Part shown: positions 1 through 7,854 of the stretch, one piece after another
Layout of the letters: each line of letters opens with the position of its first letter
How positions within the stretch are numbered: position 1 is the stretch's first letter
IMG/VR virus record: IMGVR_UViG_3300000553_000015
Source of the DNA: a virus
Lineage: Duplodnaviria > Heunggongvirae > Uroviricota > Caudoviricetes
Strand: one strand, 5' to 3'
DNA: 23,310 nt
Made by a program: the position numbers and the translations under genes
Notes under the pieces: generated by a model
Databases searched by the model: none
What the model was told of the DNA's origin: nothing
What the model saw: the letters and a program-made list of their open reading frames with translations, nothing else

Positions 1-222
1 AAAAAGGCCGTTAGTACATATCGTAAAGAACATCCTGGAAGCAAACTAAAAACTGCTGTTACAAAAAAACCTAGTGAATTAAAGAAAGGTAGTAAAGACT
101 CTAATAGACGAAAAAGTTTTTGTGCAAGGTCAAACGGACAAAAGAATATGCATCACATTGATTGTTCAAAAACACCCGATAAACCAATCTGTAAAGCACG
201 TAGTCGATGGAACTGTGAATGA
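1..222 (+). CDS. 3' end of a basic phage protein (DUF6321-like), truncated by the window edge
   Basis: Frame 1 is open from base 1 to TGA at 220-222: KKAVSTYRKEHPGSKLKTAVTKKPSELKKGSKDSNRRKSFCARSNGQK...PICKARSRWNCE. The 'PGSKLKTAVT...RRKSFCAR...RWNC' pattern is recalled from large-phage DUF6321-type proteins. The stop overlaps the next ATG (ATGA). Confidence 0.6.
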   Translation, partial: KKAVSTYRKEHPGSKLKTAVTKKPSELKKGSKDSNRRKSFCARSNGQKNMHHIDCSKTPDKPICKARSRWNCE

Positions 223-689
223 AGATTAAAGAAATTTTAGAAGTAACTATGAATAGTAAAACAGGTGCTGGTGCTGTAAGCAATAATGATGAAGTAGATT
301 ACTTTGGAATTCGTGTAAAAATGAAACCATCAACATTTTTAAAGTTAGCAGAAGAAATGCCAGTAGATTCAGAAGTAAAACAACAAATTTTAAAATTAGC
401 ACAGTATATAAAAGATGGCGGGGAAATTGGTCAACCATTTTTTGGTATACATATTCCAGAAAAATGGCATTCTGGAGACTTTACAGAACCTGCTGAAATT
501 ACAAATCATGAAGGACGACATCGCATGGAAGCAATTATATTAGCGGAAGGTGATAACCCTGTTGAAGTGCATTTATTTCCACAATATTATAGAAATAGAC
601 ATATAACACTTGAATGGATTAAACGACTTAATAAAAGTATTATTAGCGAGACTGGACAATTGATATCAGGCCCATTGTTTACAATTTAA
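219..689 (+). CDS. Hypothetical phage protein with ParB/sulfiredoxin-like motif
   Basis: 156-aa ORF coupled to the upstream stop. HEGRHRM resembles the ParB/Srx 'DGHHR' motif. N-terminus MKIKEILE. Confidence 0.55.
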   Translation: MKIKEILEVTMNSKTGAGAVSNNDEVDYFGIRVKMKPSTFLKLAEEMPVDSEVKQQILKLAQYIKDGGEIGQPFFGIHIPEKWHSGDFTEPAEITNHEGRHRMEAIILAEGDNPVEVHLFPQYYRNRHITLEWIKRLNKSIISETGQLISGPLFTI

Positions 690-694
690 GAATT

Positions 695-780
695 GCCCTT
701 AGGACCGTAACATTTGTTACGTGGCATAGGTGTCTACCACCTTTAGAACATTGATTCGCTACCAGTATTCTATAAAGGGT
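695..780 (+). ncRNA. Putative structured RNA: four-way junction with pseudoknot (family not identified)
   Basis: P1 GCCCTT 695-700/AAGGGT 775-780; P2 CGTAAC 706-711/GTTACG 716-721; P3 AGGTG 728-732/CACCT 738-742; P4 TAGAA 744-748/TTCTA 768-772 plus ATTG 750-753/CAGT 763-766. Loop GCTAC 758-762 is complementary to GTGGC 721-725. GC-richer than its flanks and fills the intergenic gap. Confidence 0.55.
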
Positions 781-801
781 AGAATTAATTTGAGAAATAT
801 A

Positions 802-1044
802 ATGAAAATATATGAAATAATATTTGAAGATGAATTGTTAGATGAAGATGGGATTCCATCATTAAAGGATGTATTAAGAGAATTAAAACGTCAAGGATGG
901 ACTAAAAGAGAAGGTGGTTCACATGAAAAATGGTTCCCACCTGAAGGGTTTATATTACCAAATAACAGACCTTTTATACCAATTCCTAGATCTCATTGTA
1001 ATCCACATACTCTTAGGGATATTATAAAAATAGCCAAATTATGA
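802..1044 (+). CDS. HicA-family mRNA interferase-like protein with acidic N-terminal extension
   Basis: ATG at 802 preferred over the 730 start, which lies inside the RNA structure. LKDVLRELKRQGW..REGGSHEKW...IPIPRSH...TLRDIIKIAKL matches the HicA pattern (GSH motif). No hicB adjacent. Confidence 0.7.
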   Translation: MKIYEIIFEDELLDEDGIPSLKDVLRELKRQGWTKREGGSHEKWFPPEGFILPNNRPFIPIPRSHCNPHTLRDIIKIAKL

Positions 1045-1047
1045 TTT

Positions 1048-1218
1048 TTAATATCTATTTTGCCAAATAAAAAACCAATCTTTTAATGATTTATAAATCA
1101 TTTCTGGGACTATTACAAATAGACTAAGTACTGCTACTAATAGTAATATAAACATAATTCCTATTGTAGCAATTATTCCGCAAATCGATGATATAAAACT
1201 TCTGTTTCTAAATGCCAT
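1048..1218 (-). CDS. Small membrane protein (56 aa)
   Basis: ATG at 1218 with AAAGGA upstream. MAFRNRSFISSICGIIATIGIMFILLLVAVLSLFVIVPEM... has a long hydrophobic stretch. The track's 1290 start overlaps the cyclase gene. Confidence 0.6.
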   Translation of the reverse strand: MAFRNRSFISSICGIIATIGIMFILLLVAVLSLFVIVPEMIYKSLKDWFFIWQNRY

Positions 1219-1228
1219 TTTGAATCCT

Positions 1229-3283
1229 TTATTTTGTTGTTGCTCGAAGAATTCCATCCCAGTCTTTGGGAAATGAGATATCTTCACCATATGTTTCTAT
1301 TCGTTTAATCATCATATCATAATAGTAGTCAAGTGCACCATTAAAAGAACCTTTTAATTCGAGGCATTCAACTGTTGCTAGCCACCATTGTTGTGATTGA
1401 TAATAATTAAACATTTTATTGTGTTTTAATCGATGTGCGTGTGAACTATTATTTGGTAATATTGTATAGATATCTAACCCAATAGTTTTTCCTTTAACTG
1501 CTATATCATCCAGTTTAATAACAAAATAATCATTCTCTACAAGTTTAGCAGTTGTGGGGCCAATTATTAATAATACACCATAACCTTTGGTTTGTCCTTC
1601 TAATCTAGCAGCAGTTGATACTGAATCACCAAGTACATCATACCCAAACCTTGCTTTAGACCCAATATTTCCGATTAATGTTGGTCCAGTATTAACACCA
1701 GCTCCCATACCAATTTTGGGTTTACCTTGTCGTACTAATTGCTCATTAAATTTGTCAACGGCTTCGATCATTTCTAAAGCAGTTCTTACCGCATTCTTAG
1801 CGTGGTATTTATCATCTAATGGTGCCCCATGTACATGTAAACTGGCATCACCTATGAATTTTATTAAACACCCATCATTCTTTAATACTGGGTCTGAAAT
1901 AGCAGTCATATAGTCATTCATGATTTTAGTTAACCCTTCTACATCTTCCCCATATGATTCCCCAAGAGTTGTAAACCCTCTTAGGTCTGTCATCACTATA
2001 GACAGCTCTTTCTTTTCGCCACCAAGTTTAATTAACTCTGGATTCTTCTGAAGTCTTTCAACCATTACAGGTGACACATAACTTCCAAATTGTTTCTTGA
2101 TTTGTTGTTTTTGTAAAAATTCATTTACAAATTTAATTCCATATGCATGTAAAGCAACCAAAATAATACCGCTAACTAGTGCAGTGATATCTAAAAGATA
2201 CAGATATTCTGTAAAAGCAAACCTACTTCCAATAACAATACACATTATGATAATGAAAGTGCTTGCTAACCCAACATATACCCATCTTGTTAAAATTAGT
2301 AAAAGTAAACATGAAAATAGTAGAATCCCTTCTTCAGCGGTATCTGCCCAAAACGGTCGTTGGATATTCACGTTATTCATCATTGTACTAATTACCGTTG
2401 CTTGCATATCTTGCGGCCAAACACTACCAATACTTGTAGGAACTGGGTTACCTAGTCCAGCAGCACTTGTACCCACGATTACTATAGCACCATCAAAATC
2501 ATCAGGTAAATGTTCTAAACTAAGTGATTTATGTTGTTGACTCCAATCTATCCATATACGTCCTAAGTTATCTGTGCTTATAGTACCAAACTCAGGAATA
2601 CGCATTTTATCAACACCAAATTCATTCAATTTTACTTGAAATGTTGATACACCTGATGCAACTCTAAGTGCTTCAATTGCAATACTAGGATACAGTTTTT
2701 CATTTACTGATACAACTAGCGGCATACGTCTATTAACACCATCAATTTCTGGTAATGTATTTGTTGTTCCTACACCAGCAGCATTCATTTCTAATGATTC
2801 TATATTTGCAATCAATCCAGGATATTGCACAATTCTATCTAAGTATTCTGAACCAATAACTACACTTCCTGGTGTTTTTGGTAAATTTTTAAATTGCTGA
2901 GACGGAACATTGCTTAACACAACAGGAAATTCTGATAAGTATTTTGCAAGTTGGGAATCTTGTCCACTACGATCCTTATCTGGCATAAGAACATTCCAAA
3001 CAACTAGACCTGCATTTTTAGAATATAAATCATTAATAATTTTTGCATACTCACCACGTGGGAATGGCCATTGACCATATTTGTTTAATGATTCTTCATC
3101 AATATTTACAGTAACAACACTATTTTCGGTTGGGTGTTTATTTGCTATTAATGTGTCAAAATATCTTAATCTAATTGATTCTACAAATGTCGGGTCTGAT
3201 ATTCTTATAACTAAGATTATTGCTAGTGTAATTAACGCTGTCCACACACTTGTTGCTATTTTTCTAAGGATCTGTTTGGTCAT
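1229..3283 (-). CDS. CHASE2-domain class III adenylate/guanylate cyclase
   Basis: N-terminal TM; CHASE2 (VVTVNIDEESL..YGQWPFPR, EIDGVNRRMPL); three TM helices; cyclase motifs SIVMTDLRGFT, KFIGDA, GVNTG..LIGNIGS...YDVLGDSVSTAARLE. K and D specificity residues suggest ATP. Confidence 0.92.
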   Translation of the reverse strand: MTKQILRKIATSVWTALITLAIILVIRISDPTFVESIRLRYFDTLIANKHPTENSVVTVNIDEESLNKYGQWPFPRGEYAKIINDLYSKNAGLVVWNVLMPDKDRSGQDSQLAKYLSEFPVVLSNVPSQQFKNLPKTPGSVVIGSEYLDRIVQYPGLIANIESLEMNAAGVGTTNTLPEIDGVNRRMPLVVSVNEKLYPSIAIEALRVASGVSTFQVKLNEFGVDKMRIPEFGTISTDNLGRIWIDWSQQHKSLSLEHLPDDFDGAIVIVGTSAAGLGNPVPTSIGSVWPQDMQATVISTMMNNVNIQRPFWADTAEEGILLFSCLLLLILTRWVYVGLASTFIIIMCIVIGSRFAFTEYLYLLDITALVSGIILVALHAYGIKFVNEFLQKQQIKKQFGSYVSPVMVERLQKNPELIKLGGEKKELSIVMTDLRGFTTLGESYGEDVEGLTKIMNDYMTAISDPVLKNDGCLIKFIGDASLHVHGAPLDDKYHAKNAVRTALEMIEAVDKFNEQLVRQGKPKIGMGAGVNTGPTLIGNIGSKARFGYDVLGDSVSTAARLEGQTKGYGVLLIIGPTTAKLVENDYFVIKLDDIAVKGKTIGLDIYTILPNNSSHAHRLKHNKMFNYYQSQQWWLATVECLELKGSFNGALDYYYDMMIKRIETYGEDISFPKDWDGILRATTK

Positions 3284-3479
3284 TGATGGTATGTCCTAGT
3301 GTTGTTGCTCCAGCAATTTCTGCTGCTGTAAAATGTTTGCATTTATCACCAATTTTGTAATCACAGATTGGTTTTTTTGGAGATGGTCTAATAAGTTTTA
3401 ACTCATTAATTGGTGCTGCTATATGTTGAGTTGCACAACCTGACAGAATTATTAATGAAAATAATATTATTTTTCTCAT
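3264..3479 (-). CDS. Small lipoprotein
   Basis: MRKIILFSLIILSGC lipobox, two further Cys, overlaps the cyclase start. Confidence 0.65.
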   Translation of the reverse strand: MRKIILFSLIILSGCATQHIAAPINELKLIRPSPKKPICDYKIGDKCKHFTAAEIAGATTLGHTINDQTDP

Positions 3480-3485
3480 GTGTAT

Positions 3486-4505
3486 TTATTTTGTTTGCAT
3501 ATCTATTAGATTATCTTTAAAAATCTTCCAACAATTGTCCCAAGTCCATTTACTACTTGCATTATACACAATATCTCTATCTAAAGTTAAACATGATTCA
3601 ACACTAAATGATAGATCATCAGACATATGTCCAGTAACATTCTGTTCTAAAATATCAATAGGACCTGGAACAGGATATGCAGCAACTGGCGTTCCTACAC
3701 TCAAACTTTCAATGATAACTATACCAAACGTATCAGTTCTACTAGTAAACACAAAGACATCTGATTTAGCAAAATATTTTGCTAAATCACTTCCAGTTTT
3801 TGAGCCAACAAACCATACATTTTTATATTTCTTTTTTAGCTCTTCTAGGTATGGGCCATCACCAACTACTATTTTAGACACGTTTTTATAGTTTGGTAAT
3901 ACTAACTGACAGAAATCATCTAGACCTTTTTCTTTACTTACACGACCAACACTTAATAGTATTATTTCTTTATCTGAAAACTTTTTATTTTCATCACGTT
4001 TAAAAATAGTTCGATCAACACCACGTGTCCATGGTATGATATCACCATTAAACCCATGTGCTTTTAAATCATCGACCATTGTTTTAGTAGTTGTTAGCAC
4101 TTTACCAGAATGCTTATGAAACCATCTTACATAAGAATATGTAATATTTTCTGGAATATTATATAACTTTTTTAGAAATTCTGGAAATTTTGTATGATAT
4201 GCTGATGAAAAATTTATATTATGTTTCTTGCACCAAAAAAGAACGGCTAATCCAAGTGGTCCTTCTGTCGCAATATGAATATAATCTGGGTTAATTGCTT
4301 TGATTTTTTTATCAATCTGCCACGGAATACTTATTTTTACTTCTGGGTATCCAAATGCTGGAAAATTGAAGAACATATCTGGAAAGATATATTTTACAAT
4401 ATATCCATTTGTTAGTGCGTGTTTTTCTATATTTTTATAAGTAGTAACTACACCGTTGATCTGGTTATGTGAATTATCTGTGACTATCAATATTGTTTTT
4501 TTCAT
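3486..4505 (-). CDS. GT4 glycosyltransferase, Agt-like (glycosyl-diacylglycerol synthase family)
   Basis: ILIVTD...QINGVVTT, YPEVK, PDYIHIATEGPLG, AYHTKFPE, VGRVSKEKG, DVFVFTSRTDTFGIVIIESLSVGTPVAAYPVPGP (D-x7-E GT4 motif). Confidence 0.88.
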   Translation of the reverse strand: MKKTILIVTDNSHNQINGVVTTYKNIEKHALTNGYIVKYIFPDMFFNFPAFGYPEVKISIPWQIDKKIKAINPDYIHIATEGPLGLAVLFWCKKHNINFSSAYHTKFPEFLKKLYNIPENITYSYVRWFHKHSGKVLTTTKTMVDDLKAHGFNGDIIPWTRGVDRTIFKRDENKKFSDKEIILLSVGRVSKEKGLDDFCQLVLPNYKNVSKIVVGDGPYLEELKKKYKNVWFVGSKTGSDLAKYFAKSDVFVFTSRTDTFGIVIIESLSVGTPVAAYPVPGPIDILEQNVTGHMSDDLSFSVESCLTLDRDIVYNASSKWTWDNCWKIFKDNLIDMQTK

Positions 4506-4506
4506 A

Positions 4507-4674
4507 CTATTTCTTTAAGCAAACATATAGTTCGTTATCCCTGTGATCTTTTGATTTTTGTAATTGTTCCATTGCTACCTTGCATGAATCTTGAGAACTA
4601 AATTCACCGATTGGTTGCCAAAATAGACTAGTACCCAATGCTGCAACTGCTTGTAATGCTACTAAAATATACAT
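4507..4674 (-). CDS. Small hypothetical protein (55 aa), possibly exported
   Basis: Not in the ORF track. MYILVALQAVAALGTSLFWQPIGEFSSQDSCKVAMEQLQKSKDHRDNELYVCLKK; AAGGA RBS; TAG at 4507-4509 lies 1 nt before the GT4 ATG. Confidence 0.65.
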   Translation of the reverse strand: MYILVALQAVAALGTSLFWQPIGEFSSQDSCKVAMEQLQKSKDHRDNELYVCLKK

Positions 4675-4726
4675 AAGTTATTCCTTTATATTATTATAAT
4701 GGTGTAATATACGGCCATATATCATG

Positions 4727-5479
4727 TTATTCTTGAATTGAAGTCCAGTATATTATTTCAAATGACCCATCATGATTTTCAACTAATGCAGATAACGATT
4801 CAACCCAATCTCCATCATTCATGATTATAATACCATCTATATCTTTTATAACAGGGGTGTGTGTATGCCCTGCTATGACACCATCAAACCCTCGTTTTTT
4901 ACAATAGTTTGCCAATGTTACTTCAAACTGAAACAAAAAGTCAACCGCTGATTTAACTTTGTGTTTAAGGTATTTACTTAAACTCCAATAACCAAATCCT
5001 AATTTATGTCTAATCCAATTAAATTTGTTGTTAACCGCTAATATTAAATCATAACCTTTATCACCTAAAAATCCAAGCCATGGTGCAATTTTACTAATCC
5101 CATCAAATAGATCGCCGTGAGTAACAAGATATCTTTTACCATCTACCCCAATATGTTCTGCTTGATTATGAATTGAAATTTTACCAAATGAAATGCCAAG
5201 ACCAATCATTGGACGTAGAAATTCATCGTGATTTCCAGCTACATAGATTACTTTTGTACCATGCTTTGCAATACCTAGTATTCTACGAACCACATTGGAA
5301 TGACTTTGCTTCCACTTGAGTTTATTTTGTTGAATCTTCCATCCATCTATGATATCTCCTATTAGGTATAGGGTCTCACAAGAATTATGTTTTAGAAAAT
5401 TATTTAGTTGATCTGCTTTGCAATCACGAGTTCCAAGATGAACGTCGCTAATAAAAATAGTGCGATATGTTTTATTCAT
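4727..5479 (-). CDS. Calcineurin-like metallophosphoesterase, PlcP/LpxH-like (probable phospholipase C)
   Basis: YRTIFISDVHLGT..CKA, LYLIGDIIDGW, YVAGNHDE, HGDLFD, GHTH, NDGDWVES. The pattern matches PlcP-type enzymes, and the gene neighbours an Agt-like GT4. Confidence 0.82.
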   Translation of the reverse strand: MNKTYRTIFISDVHLGTRDCKADQLNNFLKHNSCETLYLIGDIIDGWKIQQNKLKWKQSHSNVVRRILGIAKHGTKVIYVAGNHDEFLRPMIGLGISFGKISIHNQAEHIGVDGKRYLVTHGDLFDGISKIAPWLGFLGDKGYDLILAVNNKFNWIRHKLGFGYWSLSKYLKHKVKSAVDFLFQFEVTLANYCKKRGFDGVIAGHTHTPVIKDIDGIIIMNDGDWVESLSALVENHDGSFEIIYWTSIQE

Positions 5480-5482
5480 AAA

Positions 5483-5491
5483 GTATTTATC
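5483..5491 (-). promoter_or_regulatory. Late-promoter-like motif GATAAATAC
   Basis: One mismatch to T4 late consensus TATAAATA, 3 nt upstream of the phosphoesterase ATG; no SD present. Confidence 0.4.
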
Positions 5492-5522
5492 GCACTATTT
5501 TTAAAAATATATTAAATTTATG

Positions 5523-5681
5523 TTACAGTTTTACGATTGTCCAACGGGCTGAAAATGGTTTATTTTTTTCTTTATGTTTTAATATTTTTTTATATTCTTC
5601 TATTCTTAATGAATATAATTTTTCATTATCACCAGTTAGACAAGCATTTAAAACTTCTTTTACAAGTTTCTTTTGTTTCAT
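5523..5681 (-). CDS. Small basic hypothetical protein (52 aa)
   Basis: Not in the track. MKQKKLVKEVLNACLTGDNEKLYSLRIEEYKKILKHKEKNKPFSARWTIVKL with GGAG RBS. Confidence 0.65.
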   Translation of the reverse strand: MKQKKLVKEVLNACLTGDNEKLYSLRIEEYKKILKHKEKNKPFSARWTIVKL

Positions 5682-5704
5682 GCTATTCTCCAGTAGACTA
5701 GTAT

Positions 5705-6577
5705 TTAGTTTAATTTGCTTTCTATAAAAGAAACAATAGCACCTGCAACATCGGTATTACAATATTTTTCAAAACCACTAAATCCTGGGTTTGAGTTGGC
5801 TTCACATACTCTAAATCCTCGTGAATCAAACAGTAAATCTATACCTGCTATATCTAATTTTAGTATATTAGCAGCATTTACAGCTATTTCAGCTATTTCT
5901 GGGGTTATTTCAAATGATTCACCAGTTCCACCATTTGTAATGTTAGCACGGAAATCTCCATCAGGTGCAGTTCTTTTCATAGCACCTAGAACTTTCCCAC
6001 CTATGACCAATACTCTTAAGTCTTCACCAGGTCTTTCACCAATATACTCTTGTGCTATTAATACCTTTGTATTATATACAATATTGACAAAATCTACAAA
6101 TCTTCGATAATCTTCTGTGGTATTACATAAATGAACACCTTCACCAAAACTTCCAACTACTACTTTTATAATACATGGAAATCCAATATGTTCATTTACA
6201 AGATCATTTGTTATTGGGTGTTTTACTATTATTGTTGTAGGAACCGCAATACCGGCTTTACTTAATATTTCACCTGAATGAAATTTATCTTGAACTATGT
6301 TAATACTATCACTTGAATTAAAACATGGTATATTAGATAGTTCAAAATATCTTACAACTGATAGATCTTTTCTGCCGATACCAGCACCTACCCTTACTAG
6401 AATTGCTTTTGGTAATTCAAGTTTTTCACCATCATAGTAAATACCATCGTTAATTATGATATCAATTTTTTCAAAATAACAAACTTTAGCGACAATTTCT
6501 TTCTCTTCAAACTTTTCGATTAGCTTTGTTGTTTCATATTCGTGTTTACTTTGTTTAGCTAAAATTATAACTGACAT
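5705..6577 (-). CDS. RimK-family ATP-grasp ligase
   Basis: QDKF...L..AGIAVPTT, GFPCIIKVVVGSFGEGV, IAQEYI, DLRVLVIGGKVLGAMKR, DFRANITNGG, GIDLL, VCEANSNPGF. Confidence 0.88.
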   Translation of the reverse strand: MSVIILAKQSKHEYETTKLIEKFEEKEIVAKVCYFEKIDIIINDGIYYDGEKLELPKAILVRVGAGIGRKDLSVVRYFELSNIPCFNSSDSINIVQDKFHSGEILSKAGIAVPTTIIVKHPITNDLVNEHIGFPCIIKVVVGSFGEGVHLCNTTEDYRRFVDFVNIVYNTKVLIAQEYIGERPGEDLRVLVIGGKVLGAMKRTAPDGDFRANITNGGTGESFEITPEIAEIAVNAANILKLDIAGIDLLFDSRGFRVCEANSNPGFSGFEKYCNTDVAGAIVSFIESKLN

Positions 6578-6602
6578 AAATTCCTTTATATAATGATAAT
6601 TG

Positions 6603-6677
6603 TTAACGGGTATTGATATAGCAGGTTACTTCAAACCCTAATCTAATATCATTGTATGTAGGTGTACTCCAAATCAT
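6603..6677 (-). CDS. pqqA: PqqA, pyrroloquinoline quinone precursor peptide (24 aa)
   Basis: Not in the track. MIWSTPTYNDIRLGFEVTCYINTR fits the PqqA pattern W..P...D.R.G.EVT.Y...R with the E-x3-Y pair. AGGAG RBS 7 nt upstream. Confidence 0.88.
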   Translation of the reverse strand: MIWSTPTYNDIRLGFEVTCYINTR

Positions 6678-6705
6678 AATAATTCTCCTAAATTATCTAA
6701 GTACG

Positions 6706-6714
6706 GTATTTATC
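6706..6714 (-). promoter_or_regulatory. Late-promoter-like motif GATAAATAC upstream of pqqA
   Basis: Same 9-mer as at 5483-5491, located in the intergenic gap. Confidence 0.4.
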
Positions 6715-6735
6715 AAAATTAATATTACAGAAAAA

Positions 6736-7854
6736 TTACTGTCCTTGTTGTACAGAAATTTTAGGACATCCACCGGTTGTAGCACAGTTGAAGTTTATTG
6801 AATATGATTGTTGTAAAGATCCAGCTTGATTTAGACTTAAATCTACTGGTAAACCTGACAACGTGACATTTGCCATATGATTACCAGAGCCTTGTTGTGT
6901 GATATCAACATTTTTATTACCACCACTTAATGTGGTTTCTATATACTGATTGCCATTACCCGATTGATTTGTAATTAATGATGAATTATTACCTATTATA
7001 TTAGCAGAAACTTGTTTACTTCCACCTTCATTTGATTGTGTCAATGATGCGGTATTTGAGTTTCCTATTATATTTAATGTTGCGTAGTTGGTAGAGGTAC
7101 TATTGGATGATGATTGTGTAATGTTTACGGAATTACTGTTACCATTGCCATAATAATTTGCGTAGTTATTTTTAGTACCTGTTTGATTTACGGTTATTGT
7201 ATTTGCAGACCCAATTTGATCAATATAAACCTTACTATCCGATGTTGCTCTATTGATATAGGATTGGATATTGGCATTATCAAATACATTTATAGTAAAT
7301 GGCGATGATGATGCACCACAACATACTGGTGGAACAAATACATTAACAGATGTTCCTAAGTTTGTAAATGGAACAACCGCTATGCCACCAATATCCCAGT
7401 CAAGTTGTATAACAGCCCCACCACCATTTTCATAATACCAAACATCCATGGTATATATTTGCCCTGAAGTAAGTAATATACTACCAGAACTATTATAATT
7501 TGCCGGACCTTGTTCTATCCAGTTATTGATTACAGTGGTACCATTTATAGTCATATAAAATCCATCATCACTACGATCATAAAATGTTACATTTTTCAAA
7601 CCAGTGTTTGTAGCACCGGGCCACAGAATATATCCAGTAAAGTGTATTAAAACCCCATCGGATAATCCACTATTCATAACAACTCCAGAACCCCAATCAT
7701 AGTTTAACGTATTAGCAACTCCAGATGCTAAGACTGTTCTGTTAGTTGTCATTGATGGTGTTGCACCACCTGCTGCATATACTGTATAATTTAATCCAGC
7801 AATATCAACTGCGTAAACATTAAAACTCAATAAAAATAAAATGATATATCTCAT
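6736..7854 (-). CDS. Secreted PA14-domain / curlin-repeat fusion protein
   Basis: Signal peptide; PA14 motifs (HFTGYI, SDDGFYMTING..VINNW, YYENGGGAVIQLDW); C-terminal N/Q/G-rich repeats (VYIDQIGSANTITVNQTG, GNSNSVNITQS, GNSNTASLTQS, NVDITQQGSGNH). Confidence 0.82.
   Translation of the reverse strand: MRYIILFLLSFNVYAVDIAGLNYTVYAAGGATPSMTTNRTVLASGVANTLNYDWGSGVVMNSGLSDGVLIHFTGYILWPGATNTGLKNVTFYDRSDDGFYMTINGTTVINNWIEQGPANYNSSGSILLTSGQIYTMDVWYYENGGGAVIQLDWDIGGIAVVPFTNLGTSVNVFVPPVCCGASSSPFTINVFDNANIQSYINRATSDSKVYIDQIGSANTITVNQTGTKNNYANYYGNGNSNSVNITQSSSNSTSTNYATLNIIGNSNTASLTQSNEGGSKQVSANIIGNNSSLITNQSGNGNQYIETTLSGGNKNVDITQQGSGNHMANVTLSGLPVDLSLNQAGSLQQSYSINFNCATTGGCPKISVQQGQ

Noticed and set aside
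730-801. Track's 104-aa version of the HicA-like ORF
   Set aside because: The extension starts at GTG inside the RNA structure and has no recognisable features; ATG at 802 gives a typical start.
4727-5479. True LpxH (lipid A biosynthesis) assignment
   Set aside because: Motif context and the adjacent Agt-like GT4 fit PlcP better, though phylogeny is needed to exclude LpxH.
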